A stretch of DNA of 64,000 nucleotides from Octopus sinensis (GCF_006345805.1 NC_043021.1:17422001-17486000), one strand, 5' to 3'. Shown: positions 1-13,571, numbered from the stretch's first letter. The notes: generated by a model not told the origin, from the letters alone. A program made the numbers and translations.

Positions 1-333
1 ACAACTGTAGGCTAATGGAGTTCCTTACATAATTTCTTGTTCCTCTGTTAATAACTTACATTCTTATCATCTTCTGTACATAATTAATGCTTTTTTTCTG
101 AAGCATATGTATATTGTGTTCTAACACCATATTTATTAGTATCACTATACCGAAACAAAAGAAAAACTGTTTTACATCAAACTGAAGGAGTACTCAATAC
201 ATCTGGTAGAGTACATAAATTTATTATTCTTTAACAGTATTGACAGTGACTTCGAAGTCTTAGCCAGCTAAGCCATCATTGGATTGCCAATACTATTCTT
301 GTTAACAAATTATATACATATATATATATATAT

Positions 334-611
334 TCTTTTACTTGTTTCTGTCATTTGACTGCGGCCATGCTGGAGCACCACCCTGAAGGATTTTAGTCAA
401 ACAAATCAACCCAAGGACTTACTTTTTTAAAAGCCTCGAACATATTCTATCGATCGCTTTTGCTGAACCGCTTCTTTCAGTTTACCAAATCCACTCACAA
501 GGCTTTGGTCGACCCGAGGCTTTAGTAGAAGACACATGCCCAAGGTGCCATGCAGTGGGACTGAACCTGGAACGATGTGGGTGGAAAGCAAGCTTCTTAC
601 CACACAGCCAC
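334..611 (-). mobile_element. SINE family A copy (internally deleted)
   Basis: Reverse complement matches the head (tggctgtgtggtaag...ggttcagtccc, accttggg) and tail (ccagcatggccgcagtcaaatgac) of the full copy at 44007-44412. Confidence 0.8.
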
Positions 612-2094
612 GCTTGTGCCTACACACACACACACACACATATATATGTATATAAAATGGATCTTAGAATTTCTGATCAAGAGGTTGAAGAAGCCTGTAT
701 ATGGTTGAGTACCCCACAGATTCGTGTCTTTAATATCATTCTCAGGGGAAATTTGTGAGACAGTGTGACAAAGTTGGACATTAGAATTAAACGACATAAT
801 GCACGTGGCAGGCTTCCATACAGTTTCCTACAGCAAATCCTATCATGAAAGCTACCCCAAGATTAACAACTTCATCACATCAATAGATCCTCTAAGTGTT
901 CGGTTGACTTGCTAAAAACAGTAGCCAAGTCTCTCCCCACCAAATTATACGCTACCTACTATATTGGGTCAAAACTTGAAAGAAGGACACACATTAGATA
1001 ATGTAATCCAGGTGCACTGTGCCTCGAAAAAAAGGACAGGGTGGTCGTAATTGGAGTGCTTTTTCTTTTTTTCAGAAGTGTGCTTAATCAGAGCCCAACA
1101 ACAACCAGCATTGTGTATCTTGGACTACGTTACTTAGTATAGCATCCCTAGAAGATGGATAGGGAATTATCTGAGGTGTTCTAGCTGTTATTTCAAGCTG
1201 ATCAAGCAATTATATAGAGGCTCCGACTGCCTTCTGCTGTTATTTAGCCCCAGCAAGACTTCGCGTACACAGGCGTTTCATCGGTGACCATCCCATCCGA
1301 TCTTTTATGCAAACTTAATACATCTACATATATATATTACCCCGCCGCCCATTTTTTTAATGACGGACGGTAAAGGGGGTTTTCGCCGATGGAGATTTGA
1401 CTGCTCTTTCTAGCGGTGAGTGAGTGGCTAGCAACAGCAACAATAGTCCCTCTCTATTACTGGACCATCCGACCAACCGTCCGACCGACCAGACGGTTAT
1501 TCGTCCCTCTCCGCGCCACCGTCCCTCCTCCCTTCATCACCAAACGGAAACCACACGCACCCACACACATATACATACATACATACATACATACATACAA
1601 TCACACACATACACCACGTAACGTGTATGGACATGCTATGAAAAGAGAGGAGGAGGGGAAAGGAACAGTGGTAGGAGGAAGGACAAGTATTTATAATATC
1701 AACACTCCTCCCCCACCCTCCCCCTACCCCAAACACCCCCTGTGAGAGAACCTCTACGTCGTGTCGAGGGACTCGCTAGAAATAGCAGTCCAACCTCCCT
1801 CAAAACCACACATACACAACTGTCTTGAATGAAGGCAGACACATTAGGTAATGTAGTAGGTACGTGGTTCTTAGAGACCCCGGGGGGGAAAAGCTGTTAT
1901 CCTCCCATGCTGGAATAGTTTTGATCATAGCTAAACAGCAGGCCCCTACATAGCTTTTTTGGCCAGCTAAAAACAACAGTCGCTTTTAAGACTGGCATAT
2001 TACACAGAATGTGACCTTGGGTTCCCTGGACATAGAAGACAGGCTGGTCGTTGCCAAGATGTCTCTGATTACACGATGACACAAGTCTCTCTCT

Positions 2095-2122
2095 CTTTAT
2101 ATATATATATATATAATATATA

Positions 2123-2156
<34 letters not shown>

Positions 2157-2162
2157 CTCTCT

Positions 2163-2217
<55 letters not shown>

Positions 2218-2249
2218 GGTATATATATATGTATATATATATATATTGT

Positions 2250-2302
<53 letters not shown>

Positions 2303-2381
2303 TGTATATATATTAGATTATATATATAATATATATGTATATAGATATATGTATGTATATATATATATGTATATATATATG

Positions 2382-2414
<33 letters not shown>

Positions 2415-2442
2415 CTATATATATATATTGTATATATATATG

Positions 2443-2473
<31 letters not shown>

Positions 2474-2477
2474 GTTA

Positions 2478-2547
<70 letters not shown>

Positions 2548-2610
2548 TATATGTATAATATATATATTATATTATATATATGTATATAATATAGATTATA
2601 TATATTATAT

Positions 2611-2669
<59 letters not shown>

Positions 2670-2713
2670 GTATATAAATTGATCAAAATAAAAACATGAT
2701 GCCAAGGATATAT

Positions 2714-2752
<39 letters not shown>

Positions 2753-2765
2753 ATGTCTCTATATA
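2095..2765. repeat. (TA)n-based compound microsatellite
   Basis: Directly visible; source of the YIYIYI ORFs. Confidence 0.95.
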
Positions 2766-3316
2766 TGCATAAATATATGGGTATATGTATGTATGTTCTG
2801 AGTTCAAATCCTGCCGGTCACCTGAATATTTCCTTCAAAGATTCGATAATAAAAAAAAGTACCACCAGTCAAGCACGAAGGTTCAATTCCTAAGGCTTAA
2901 TTAATCACATTGTATAGTTCTCCGAGGGTTCCACAAATCTAGAGGAGGATTCCACCACTAACCTAGTATCTTTTAACAACTACGGTAGCATATGTAGAAG
3001 AAATTCCAGACCCCTCGCCCGGGGACCGATTAATATTGGTAAAACGACCGTAATCCTTTCGTACATGGCATCTCTGATGAAGAAGATGCACAATGGAATT
3101 AGATTAGAACAAGAACACGTTTTTTGACAACTCGCTGTAATAATGTCTGCCATATAAACCAGAGAGACCAGGGAAGATCTGTCTGCTCGAAATATCAGTC
3201 GATTCCCCCTCAAATAACATACACATGTTAAATAAGAGATATATGGTTGCGTAATGCAGCCAAAGATTATGTAATATTTACTAAAACACAAACACACACG
3301 TCACAGTACACCCACA

Positions 3317-3357
<41 letters not shown>

Positions 3358-3732
3358 TATATATGTGTGTGTGTGTACGTATGTATGTATGTATATGAGC
3401 ATATATATATATTATATATATTATTATATATGTGTGTGTGTGTATATGATCATATATAATATATATATATATACATATACATGCACATATATAGTTGCGC
3501 ATAAACACGTATGTTTGTGTAAAGATGTGATGGTTATGGTTGGAGCGCTTTTGAACAAAGCTGACCTTGGGTCAAACAACGCCGCACACACATGCAATTA
3601 CACACTATTCCTATAGAGAAGCTTGGTCATTCACACTTTAGTGAAAATAGCACCAGATACACACACACTCTCTCTCTTTCACACACATACAGACAGACAC
3701 ACACACACACTCTTCCTTTCTTTCTCTCTCTC

Positions 3733-3766
<34 letters not shown>

Positions 3767-3965
3767 TTCCTTTCTTTCTTTCTCTCTCTCTTTCAGAGAC
3801 ACACACATGCATATAGATGTGTGTGTGTGTAAGGCGACACGTTCATCCGCGCGCGTACACACGCATACACATACCAGGAGACTGAGGAGCACAGGTTCAT
3901 CACATAGACACACACACACACATGTATGAGTGATACGTAACATGACATAGTTACGCACACACGCA

Positions 3966-4540
3966 CCTATCTACCCGTCTATCTATCTATCTATCTATCT
4001 ATATATCTATCTACCTATCTGTCCGTCTATCTATCTATCCGTCTGTCTACCTCTCTGTCTGTCTATATCTATCTATCTATCCGTCTATCTATCTATATCT
4101 TTCTATATCTATCTGTCTATCTATCCGTCTATCTATCTATCTATCTATCTATCAGTCTATCTATCCGTCTATCTATCCGTCTATCTATCTATTTATCTAT
4201 CTATCTATCCGTCTATCTATCTATTTATCTATCTATCTATCCGTCTATCTATCTATCTATCTATCTATCTTCCTATCTATATATCTATCTACCTATCTGT
4301 CCGTCTATCTATCTATCCGTCTGTCTACCTCTCTGTCTGTCTATATCTATCTATCTATCCGTCTATCTATCTATATCTTTCTATATCTATCTGTCTATCT
4401 ATCCGTCTATCTATCTATCTATCTATCTATCAGTCTATCTATCCGTCTATCTATCCGTCTATCTATCTATTTATCTATCTATCTATCCGTCTATCTATCT
4501 ATTTATCTATCTATCTATCCGTCTATCTATCTATCCATCT
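3966..4540. repeat. (TATC)n compound microsatellite with a roughly 280-bp higher-order duplication
   Basis: Variant block acctatctgtccgtctatctatctatccgtctgtctacctctctgtctgtc occurs at about 4012 and 4291. Confidence 0.9.
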
Positions 4541-4934
4541 CTCTCTCTCTGTCTGTAAGTATTATGTATGTATGTATGTATGTGTGCGTGACGCATTCAA
4601 ACATGAATATATATATATATATAAAGCACACACACACATATATATATGTATGTATATATATATCGCAGTCATAAACGTTAATATAACATATATATGCACA
4701 CATGTATCTATAAACATAATAGAACACACACACACACACATATGCAAACACGCATATACAAACACCATACATAGACACGCACGCACGCATACACACACAC
4801 AAACACCTTATTACACACATATACGCACACACACACACACATACACACACACATCCGTGAAGGCGACATGCAAAGTGAGAGTCAGTATTTTCAAACCTCA
4901 GATCTATAAAGGGTAATGACCTCAACAGGGGTAG

Positions 4935-5190
4935 GGGTAGCAGTAGTGACAACTGAGGTGGTGGCAGTAGTCGTAGTAGTGGCAGTCATGGCAGTGGTGG
5001 CAGTCGTAGTAGTAATGGTAGTCGTGGTAGCAGTAGTAGTAGCAGTGGTGGCAGTCGTAGTAGCAGTGGTGGCAGTCGTGGTAGCAGTGGCGGTGGTGGT
5101 GGTGGTGGAAGTAGTAGTAAACAGTGGTGGTAGTAGTCGTAGTAGCAATGGTAACCACACTTGTGGTGGTGGTGGTTGCGGTGGTAATAG
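4935..5190. repeat. GTG/GTA/GCA trinucleotide low-complexity tract
   Basis: Directly visible. Confidence 0.9.
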
Positions 5191-5699
5191 TAATACGGGA
5201 TTGTCCTGAGCTTGCATATATCTAATATATGATCAAAAGCGGTCTAACCGTGGCCACCTCTGCTTTCCCCCTCATCAGACATACTTTCTTTAAAGCTAAA
5301 TTTATCTATTTATTTGTTTATTTGATGCTCCAGATGACAAGATGTGATCTGAGGAAAGTCTAACTGCTGTTTCTAGCAGGCCACATAGGCTGGTTCTGCT
5401 ATTGCGTATGGATTGTAAATGGTGGACGTGGATGTGATGCAGGTGTAGACGAGATGGTAGTTTGATGAAGTTGCCGTTGTCGTTTTAGGCCCCAGATTAG
5501 CGACGCCGTTCCAGACGTGACCAACCCACCTATATATTTCATCATCATCGTCATAGCTACGAATAAAATTATTTCAAGGCAGCTCGCTGCGATTTCAGCG
5601 AAGTTTGGCTGCTATTTCTAACAGGCAGGTTCGGCGACCACGTAAAACAGGAATGAAGGGAGGGGGGAGCATTTTAGTTTTCGCTTTCTTTTGCCTTGG

Positions 5700-5840
5700 T
5701 TGAGAGAGAGAGTGGGAGAGGTGAGAGAGTAAGAGACAGAGAAAGTGAGAGAGGTGAGAGAGTAAGAGACAGAGAAAGTGAGAGAGGTGAGAGAGTAAGA
5801 GACAGAGAAAGTGAGAGAGGTGAAAGAGAGAGAGAGAGAG
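5700..5840. repeat. GA-rich 33-bp minisatellite, about 3.5 units
   Basis: gtgagagagtaagagacagagaaag starts at 5721, 5754 and 5787. Confidence 0.9.
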
Positions 5841-6339
5841 ATGGATGTCTGGCAGTATGTGTATGCGTGTGGTACAATCTGTGTGTGTGTTGTGTGTGCG
5901 CTGTGCTATGTGAGGTGTGTGCGCGCGCGCGCTGTCTGTTGAGCAGGATTTTTCGGTGGATTTCGGTGAAAAAAATCTGGGTTTCCGCGAAAAAAAAAAA
6001 AAAAATAAAAACGGGTAGATTTTTTTTCTGTTTCCTTCAAGTTTTTTTGTTTTTTTCCGCAAAAATATTCCTATATTTCTTTCATTCAGTGATGCTAACA
6101 ACTCTAAATAAATTCTTTTCATCCAAAAAATTTCAACGTATTTTATAGTTGATTATTTTTTTTAATTTTAAATATTTGCCACCCCACCCCCCACCCGAGA
6201 CTGCAAGAGAGACAGCTTCTCCAAAACTCGCTCAAAATTTACTTTATAAAACAAAATCCTTTATTTTGAAAACAAAATTACTTTACGCATTTTTTTTTTT
6301 AACGAGAATCAATTCTCTTCCGAAAACAATTTCCACTTC

Positions 6340-6749
6340 GGATCTTTTCGGTTTGACCGGCAGTTTTTTCTAGCGGTGTCATATGAAATTGTCACCCATA
6401 ATTATGACCCTAGTATCGATCTATTGCATTTCAATCTGGGTTAGGATTAGGGGTGGGGGGAAGGGTATTTTTTTATTCAGAAATGTAAATAAACCCAATC
6501 TGTTTCTTAAACGAGGGACATATTCATACGGCACTGAATATTTTTCACCTCAATAGACGTCATTGATTGGTTGAAATTGCAGAAATTGAAGAGAAAAAAC
6601 AACAAATATCTTACAAACTATAGAATTTTCTGAATAAAGCCAAGAGAAAAAGATGTTTTATAAACACATTCTACCAGTATACGAAGTTTAAAAGTGTTTA
6701 GTTACGTGGAAATTATTTTTAAAAACTGCCGGTCAAACCGAAAAGATCC
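6340..6749. mobile_element. MITE with 29-bp perfect TIRs and 8-bp TSD (Merlin-like)
   Basis: TIR ggatcttttcggtttgaccggcagttttt (6340-6368) and its exact reverse complement (6721-6749); TSD tccacttc at 6332-6339 and 6750-6757. GG termini plus an 8-bp TSD fit Merlin; the superfamily call is inference. Confidence 0.85.
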
Positions 6750-6893
6750 TCCACTTCATCTAATGGTAGTTATTTAATTTAACTAGGGTAACAGTTGTTC
6801 GTAAACTATAAGTATGGAGTTCCGTGTTATTAGGGAAATTTCATGAAGGGTTTCATGTTGAAATAAGTCAGAGCATGCTTGATAGGACCAGAG

Positions 6894-6994
6894 CAGTGGT
6901 TTCAAACCTTTTCACAGTGGTCCACGACCCGTTTCTTTAAATGAGTTTCCTCACGGACTCCTTTTAATATGCTAATCCTTTTGTATATATATGT

Positions 6995-7027
<33 letters not shown>

Positions 7028-7113
7028 CGAAATTTTGAATTTAGTTCACGGACCCCCAGTACTAGCTTTTGCGGACCACCAGGGATCCGCGGAGCCCAAG
7101 TTGAGAACCCCTA
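6894..7113. mobile_element. Degenerate hAT-like MITE
   Basis: Starts cagtggtttcaaac, ends gttgagaaccccta; TSD not clearly recoverable. Confidence 0.55.
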
Positions 7114-7139
7114 AGCTACAGTGATAATTTTGGTGTCAA

Positions 7140-7702
7140 GTTTTGGCACAAGGCCAGTAATTTCGGGGTAGAGGATAAAGTCGTTTACATGGATTCTACT
7201 GCTCAGTTGGTACTTGTTTTATCAACCCCGAAAGGATGGAAGGTAAAATTAAACTCAGAACGTAAAGACGGACGATATATCGCAAGGCATTTTGTCTGGC
7301 ATGCTTAACGATTCTTATTTCTTTATTGCCCACAAGGGGCTAAACACAGAGAAGACAAACAAGGACAGACAAACGGATTAAGTCGATTAATCGACCCCGA
7401 AAGGATGAAAGGCAAAGTCGACCTCGGCGGAATTTGAACTCAGAATGTAATGGGGGACGAAATACCTATTTCTATTTCTTTACTACCCACAAGGGGCTAA
7501 ACGCAGAGGGGACAAACAAGGACAGACAAAGGGATTAAGTCGATTACATCGACCCCAGTGTGTAACTGGTACTTAATTTATCGACCCCGAAAGGATGAAA
7601 GGCAAAGTCGACCTCGGCGGAATTTGAACTCAGAACTTAACGGCAGACGAAATACCTCTTAGTATTTCGCCCGGCGTGCTAATGTTTCTGCCAGCTCGCT
7701 GC
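7140..7702 (-). mobile_element. Nested or tandem SINE family B copies
   Basis: Repeated cgaccccgaaaggatgaaaggcaaagtcgacctcggcggaatttgaactcag; head ctgccagctcgc at about 7688-7700. Confidence 0.85.
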
Positions 7703-8234
7703 TTCACAGATTGATAATATTCGTACGACAACAGTGTATTATTAAACGGGCGTCTCATTTCACTTTCCACGGGGGTCCCACGATGGGGCAAATATTTGGG
7801 GGGGTCTGCTCATTGGAAGTTGGACACAGACTGGGCAGCCATTTAAATAAAATAAACACTAAATAAAATAAACATAACTGGTATGATATTTCATCATCTT
7901 CTAGAATGGTGAAACGCAGAGTTGACCTTGGTGGCATTGAAGCTCAGAAGAGAAAACAGCTGGATCAAATAACACAAGACGTTTATATTTTGTCAAAAGC
8001 TCTGACAATTCTTCTAATTTATCAGCGATGGGTGAAGCCTTTTAGAGTATCTGTCATCGTTTATTTGATTCCGTCATTCGACTGCGGCCATGCTGGGGCA
8101 CCGTCTCGAAGAATTCTTTTTTAGTCGAACCAATTGGTTCCTGTCCCAATTTTTTTCAAGTCCGTTTGGTCATGTTCAATTTTTTGAGTTGGATCCTGTG
8201 TACCGGGTTCTTTTCTCTGAGGATTCGGCTAGAG

Positions 8235-8921
8235 CAGTGGTCACCAACCTGTGGTCTGCAAAGATATTTCTAGAGGGGCCCGTGAACATATTAAGCTGCC
8301 AGACCTTTCAATATCCTAAGGACCGTGAGAAAGCTCATTTAAATAAAAGGGGTCCTTGGTAGTGAAACGGTTGGGAAACACTGGACTAGAATGACGGATG
8401 GCAGGGGTCTGTGAACATATTAAGCTGACAGACCTTTCAATAGCCTAAGGTCCCTGAGAAAACTCATTTAAATAAAAGGGGTCCTTGGTAGTGAAACGGT
8501 TGGGAAACACTGGACTAGAATGACGGATGGCAGGGGTCCGTGAACATATTAAGCTGACAGGCCTTTCGATATCCTAAGGTCCGTGAGAAAGCTCATTTAA
8601 ATAAAAAGGGGTCCTTGGTAGTGAAATGGTTGGGAAACACTGGACTAGAATGATGGATGGCAGGGGTCCGTGAACATATTAAGCTGACAGGCCTTTCGAT
8701 ATCCTAAGGTCCGTGAGAAAGCTCATTTAAATAAAAGGGGGTCCTTGGTAGTGAAACGGTTGGGAAACACTGGACTAGAATGACGGATGGCAGGGGTCCG
8801 TGAAGATATTAAGCTGACAGACCTTTCGATATCCTAAGGTCCGCGAGAAAGCTCATTTAAATAAAAGGGGGTCCTTGGTAGTGAAGTGGTTGGGAAACAC
8901 TGGACTAGAATGACGGATGGC
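8235..8921. repeat. hAT-like MITE whose right end plus flank is amplified as 5 x ~130-bp tandem units
   Basis: Left TIR cagtggtcaccaacc at 8235; right TIR ggttgggaaacactg followed by gactagaatgacggatgg, the last 10 nt of which start at 8392, 8521, 8651, 8781 and 8911. Confidence 0.85.
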
Positions 8922-9106
8922 TTGTATTGATTGGTAAAATGCCACCTGGTCACAACAGATGAGAAAGCATCTTGCAGAGATGAGGGACTGACTGGGACAC
9001 TGCCAGGTCGGGTGGGGTGGTTACCCAGGATGACCTCAGCAAATACTGACAAATGGTAGATGCAGCAATGCAAACCCTCTAACTCATGCCAGCATAGAAA
9101 AATTTA

Positions 9107-10612
9107 GTGGCGAGCTGGCAGAGTGGTTAGCACACCGGGCGAGATGCTTAGCGGTATTTCTTCCTGCTCTTTACGTTCTGAGTTCAAATTCCGCCGAGGT
9201 CGACTTTGCCTTTCATCCTTTCGGGGTTGATAAATTAAGTACCAGTTACGTACTGGGATCGATGTAATCGACTTAATACCTATGTCTGTCCTTGTTTGTC
9301 CCCTCTATGTTTAGCCCCTTGTGGGTAATAAAGAAATAGGTATTTCTTTCTGCTCTTTACGTTCCGAGTTCAAATTCCTCCGAGGTTGACTTTGCTTTCA
9401 TCCTTTCGGGGTTGATAAATTAAGTACCAGTTACGTACTGGGATCGATGTAATCGACTTAATACCTATGTCTGTCCTTGTTTGTCCCCTCTATGTTTAGC
9501 CCCTTGTGGGTAATAAAGAAATAGGTATTTCTTTCTGCTCTTTACGTTCCGAGTTCAAATTCCTCCGAGGTTGACTTTGCTTTCATCCTTTCGGGGTTGA
9601 TAAATTAAGTACCAGTTACGTACTGGGATCGATGTAATCGACTTAATACCTATGTCTGTCCTTGTTTGTCCCCTCTATGTTAGCCCCTTGTGGGTAATAA
9701 AGAAATAGGTATTCTTTCTGCTCTTTACGTTCCGAGTTAAATTCCTCCGAGGTTGACTTTGCTTTCATCCTTTCGGGGTTGATAAATTAAGTACCAGTTA
9801 CGTACTGGGATCGATGTGATCGACTTAATACCGATGTCTGTCCTTGTTTGTCCCCTCTATGTTTAGCCCCTGTGGGTAATAAAGAAATAGGTATTTCTTT
9901 CTGCCTCTTACGTTCCGAGTTCAAATTCCTCCGAGGTCGACTTTGCCTTTCATCCTTTCGGGGTTGATAAATTAAGTACCAGTTACGTACTGGGATCGAT
10001 GTAATCGACTTAATACCTATGTCTGTCCTTGTTTGCCCCCTCTGTGTTTAGCCCCTTGTGGGTAATAAAGAAATAGGTATTTCTTTCTGCTCTTTACGTT
10101 CCGAGTTCAAATTCCTCCGAGGTTGACTTTGCTTTCATCCTTTCGGGGTTGTGAAAATTAAGTACCAGTTACGTACTGGGATCGATGTAATCGACTTAAT
10201 ACCTATGTCTGTCCTTGTTTGTCCCCTCTATTTTAGCCCCTTGTGGGTAATAAAGAAATAGGTATTTCTTTCTGCTCTTTACGTTCCGAGTTCAAATTCC
10301 TCCGAGGTTGACTTTGCTTTCATCCTTTCGGGGGTGATGATAAATTAAGTACCAGTTACGTACTGGGATCGATGTAATCGACTTAATACCTATGTCTGTC
10401 CTTGTTTGTCCCCTCTATGTTAGCCCCTGTGTGGGTAATAAAGAAATAGGTATTTCTTTCTGCTCTTTACGTTCGAGTTCAAATTCCTCCGAGGTGACTT
10501 TGCTTTCATCCTCCGGGGTTGATAAATTAAGTACCAGTTACGTACTGGGGGTCGATCTAATCAACTGGTCCCCTCCCCGAAAATTTCGGGCCTTGTGCCT
10601 AGAGTGGAAAAG
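9107..10612 (+). repeat. Tandem array of SINE family B (~185-bp unit; 7 full units plus one with a different tail)
   Basis: accagttacgtactggg at 9241, 9426, 9611, 9793, 9978, 10164, 10351 and 10533; a single A-box head gtggcgagctggcagagtgg at 9107. Confidence 0.92.
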
Positions 10613-10664
10613 CATGGAATATGGACATCAAATGATTGATGATGATGATATGCATACACAACTT

Positions 10665-11045
10665 TTATCTTTTACCTTTTTTCAGTCTTCAGATGTGGTG
10701 GCCATGCTGGGGCGCTACCTTGAAGGATTTTTAGACAAATGAATCGACCCCCACCCCCAAAATACCTATTTTTTCCCCTAAGCCTGCTACTTATTCCATC
10801 AGTGTCTTTTGCCAAACCGCTAAGTTACGGAGATGTAAACAAACCGACACTAGTTGCCAAGCGGGGGCGGGGGGGGGGGGAAAGCTTCAACACAGTTTCT
10901 GTCTACGAAATCCACTCACAAGGCCTTTTTTTGTTAGCCAGATGGTATAGTAGAAAATACTTGACTAAGGTGCCGCACAGTGGGACTGAACCCGGAAATA
11001 TGTGTTTGGGAAGCAAGTTCCTTACCATACAGCCACACCTGCACC
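10665..11045 (-). mobile_element. SINE family A copy (diverged)
   Basis: ggccatgctgg...gccaaaccgctaagttacgg...gtgggactgaacccggaa. Confidence 0.75.
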
Positions 11046-11259
11046 TCGCTCTGTACGCATGCGCATGTGTGTTTATGGAGAATAAACGGGAAGAGGAAAT
11101 AGAGAAACAAGGTGAGAGTATAGAGGCACGCCTTCCCCCCAGATATTTGTTTATGTTTTGGCTAATATGGGTGGAGAGGCAGGGGTGGGGGTAAAAGGTT
11201 AAGGGAACAGCAGTAGTGATATGGCGGCAGTGGTGGTGGAACCACTATAGCCACCTCAT

Positions 11260-11412
11260 GGTTGTTATGATGATGATGATGATGATGGCAGAGATGGTGG
11301 TGAAGGTGTGATGGAGGGATGATAGTAGAAATGATATGGAATGGTAGTGATGGTGATGTAACTGATGATGCTGATGATGATGATGATGATGATGACGACG
11401 ACGATGGTGATA

Positions 11413-11444
<32 letters not shown>

Positions 11445-11880
11445 GATGATGATGATGTTGATGATGATGATGATGATGTTGATGATGATGATGATGATGA
11501 TGATGTTGATGATGATGGTGATGATGTCGATGATGATGTTGATGATGATGTTGATGATGATGGTGATAATGATGATGATGATGATGATGATGATGATGTT
11601 GATGATGATGGTGATAATGATGATGATGATGATGATGTTGATGATGATGATGATGATGATGATGTTGATGATGATGATAATGATTGACGATGGTGATGAT
11701 GTCGATGATGGTGGTGATGATGATGATGTCGATGATGGTGGTGATGATGATGATGATGATGATAATGATGATGATGATGATGATGATGATGTTGATGATG
11801 ATGGTGATAATGATGATGATGATGATGATGTTGATGATGATGGTGATAATGATTATGATGATGATGATGATGATGTTGAT
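11260..11880. repeat. (GAT)n microsatellite
   Basis: Directly visible; source of the poly-D/M/H/I ORFs. Confidence 0.95.
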
Positions 11881-12580
11881 GAGCATACTGAAATTGATTC
11901 AGGGATGAATGCTACAGTGAAGGCAATATAGTTCTGGTTACAGTAGTACATAGTGGTTAGTGGCTGTGATGGTACATGTTGTAGCAGGATGATGATGATG
12001 ATGATGATGATGGTGATTTGACGATGGTGGTTGTGTAGGAGCTAAATGAAGTGGTGGTGGTGGTGATAGCACTACTACTACTACTACTTCTACTACCACT
12101 ACTACCACTACCACTACTACTTCTACTACTACTGTTACTACTAAGTGATAATTATGGTAGTTTATGTTTGTATTTCTTTTTTGTTTGAGATTCTGCTGGC
12201 CCTCACACCCACCCTCTACCTGCACCCCCGCCCTGCCCCTACCCCTTGTCCCATATTTTAGAGAGAAAAAAGAAAGTATTATCATGACTCACAGTTGGAA
12301 ACTCCATTCCCCCATCACCTTGATACCACCCCCACTCCCCATCAACTCCAGCCTTGGTCCACTCACCATTTCTTTTTCTTTCCCCACCCCGCCACCCTAT
12401 TTTGTTGTTGTTGTAGTTGTTGTTGTTTTACCTGCTTCTTTACTGTCTGTACATCACCACCACCACCACCACCACCACCACTCAACATTTCACATCACAT
12501 TACCATAGGTTATCAATGCTTTGAATATAATTAGATTTAGCAAGGTGTGTGTGTGTGTATATATATATAAGACTACTCAG

Positions 12581-12611
<31 letters not shown>

Positions 12612-12619
12612 CGGATATA

Positions 12620-13159
12620 TATATATATATACAAACATATACATACATATACATATATATATATACATATACAAACATATACATACATATATATATATAT
12701 ATTATACATATTATATATACAAACATACATATATATATATATTATACATATTATATATATATACATATATATGTATACATATATACATGTATAGATATAT
12801 ATACATACACACACACACACATATATATATATAAAGAGAGAAAGGGAGAGAGAGTGAGCAGTTTCTCTTTGTGATAAAAACTGTAAACATTTTACTTGTC
12901 TCTGTCTTGTGTATATGTATACACATACACACACATATATATATATTATATACAAACATATACATACATATACATATATATATATACATATACAAACATA
13001 TACATACATATATATATATATATACAAACATACATATATATATATATATATATTATACATATTATATATACAAACATACATATATATATATATATTATAC
13101 ATATTATATATATATACATATATATGTATACATATATACATGTATAGATATATATACAT

Positions 13160-13192
<33 letters not shown>

Positions 13193-13320
13193 AAGAGAGA
13201 AAGGGAGAGAGAGTGAGCAGTTTCTCTTTGTGATAAAAACTGTAAACATTTTACTTGTCTCTGTCTTGTGTATATGTATACACATACACACACATATATA
13301 TATATATATACAAACACTTG
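12620..13320. repeat. ~360-bp tandem duplication within TA/CA microsatellite
   Basis: Identical core gagtgagcagtttctctttgtgataaaaactgtaaacattttacttgtctctgtc at about 12852 and 13211. Confidence 0.9.
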
Positions 13321-13525
13321 TATACACATGCATGTCTGTGTGTGTATGTATGCTAAAGAATGATGATGTGGAAGAAAAAGATTGAGAAATCAAGATATTA
13401 CCTCTGTGTGTGATTGTGTGTACACACACATGCACATGTATATATATATATATATATACACAATATACACATTTGCATCGACCACCACCACCACCAAAAT
13501 GACACCAAATCAAAGGAGTGTCCTC

Positions 13526-13571
<46 letters not shown>

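Noticed and set aside
2930-3290. CTGATGA at about 3074, a possible decayed hammerhead near 3160-3200, and an IGKT peptide suggestive of GIY-YIG
   Set aside because: No GAAA or stem III after the CTGATGA; the second motif lacks a recognisable core; the peptide lacks the other GIY-YIG residues
5240-5285. Isolated CTGATGA heptamers (minus strand at about 5272; also 36421, 36933, 51545)
   Set aside because: No stem I/II/III geometry around them; expected by chance
8274-10612. Regular repeat arrays as CRISPR
   Set aside because: Whole units are near-identical with no unique spacers, they derive from a MITE and a SINE, no cas genes are present, and the context is eukaryotic
11245-11931. Long poly-His/Asp/Met ORFs (also 21045-21599, 12500-13513, 19829-20605, 61785-63494)
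   Set aside because: Open in several frames only because micro- and minisatellites lack stop codons; no domain or splice context
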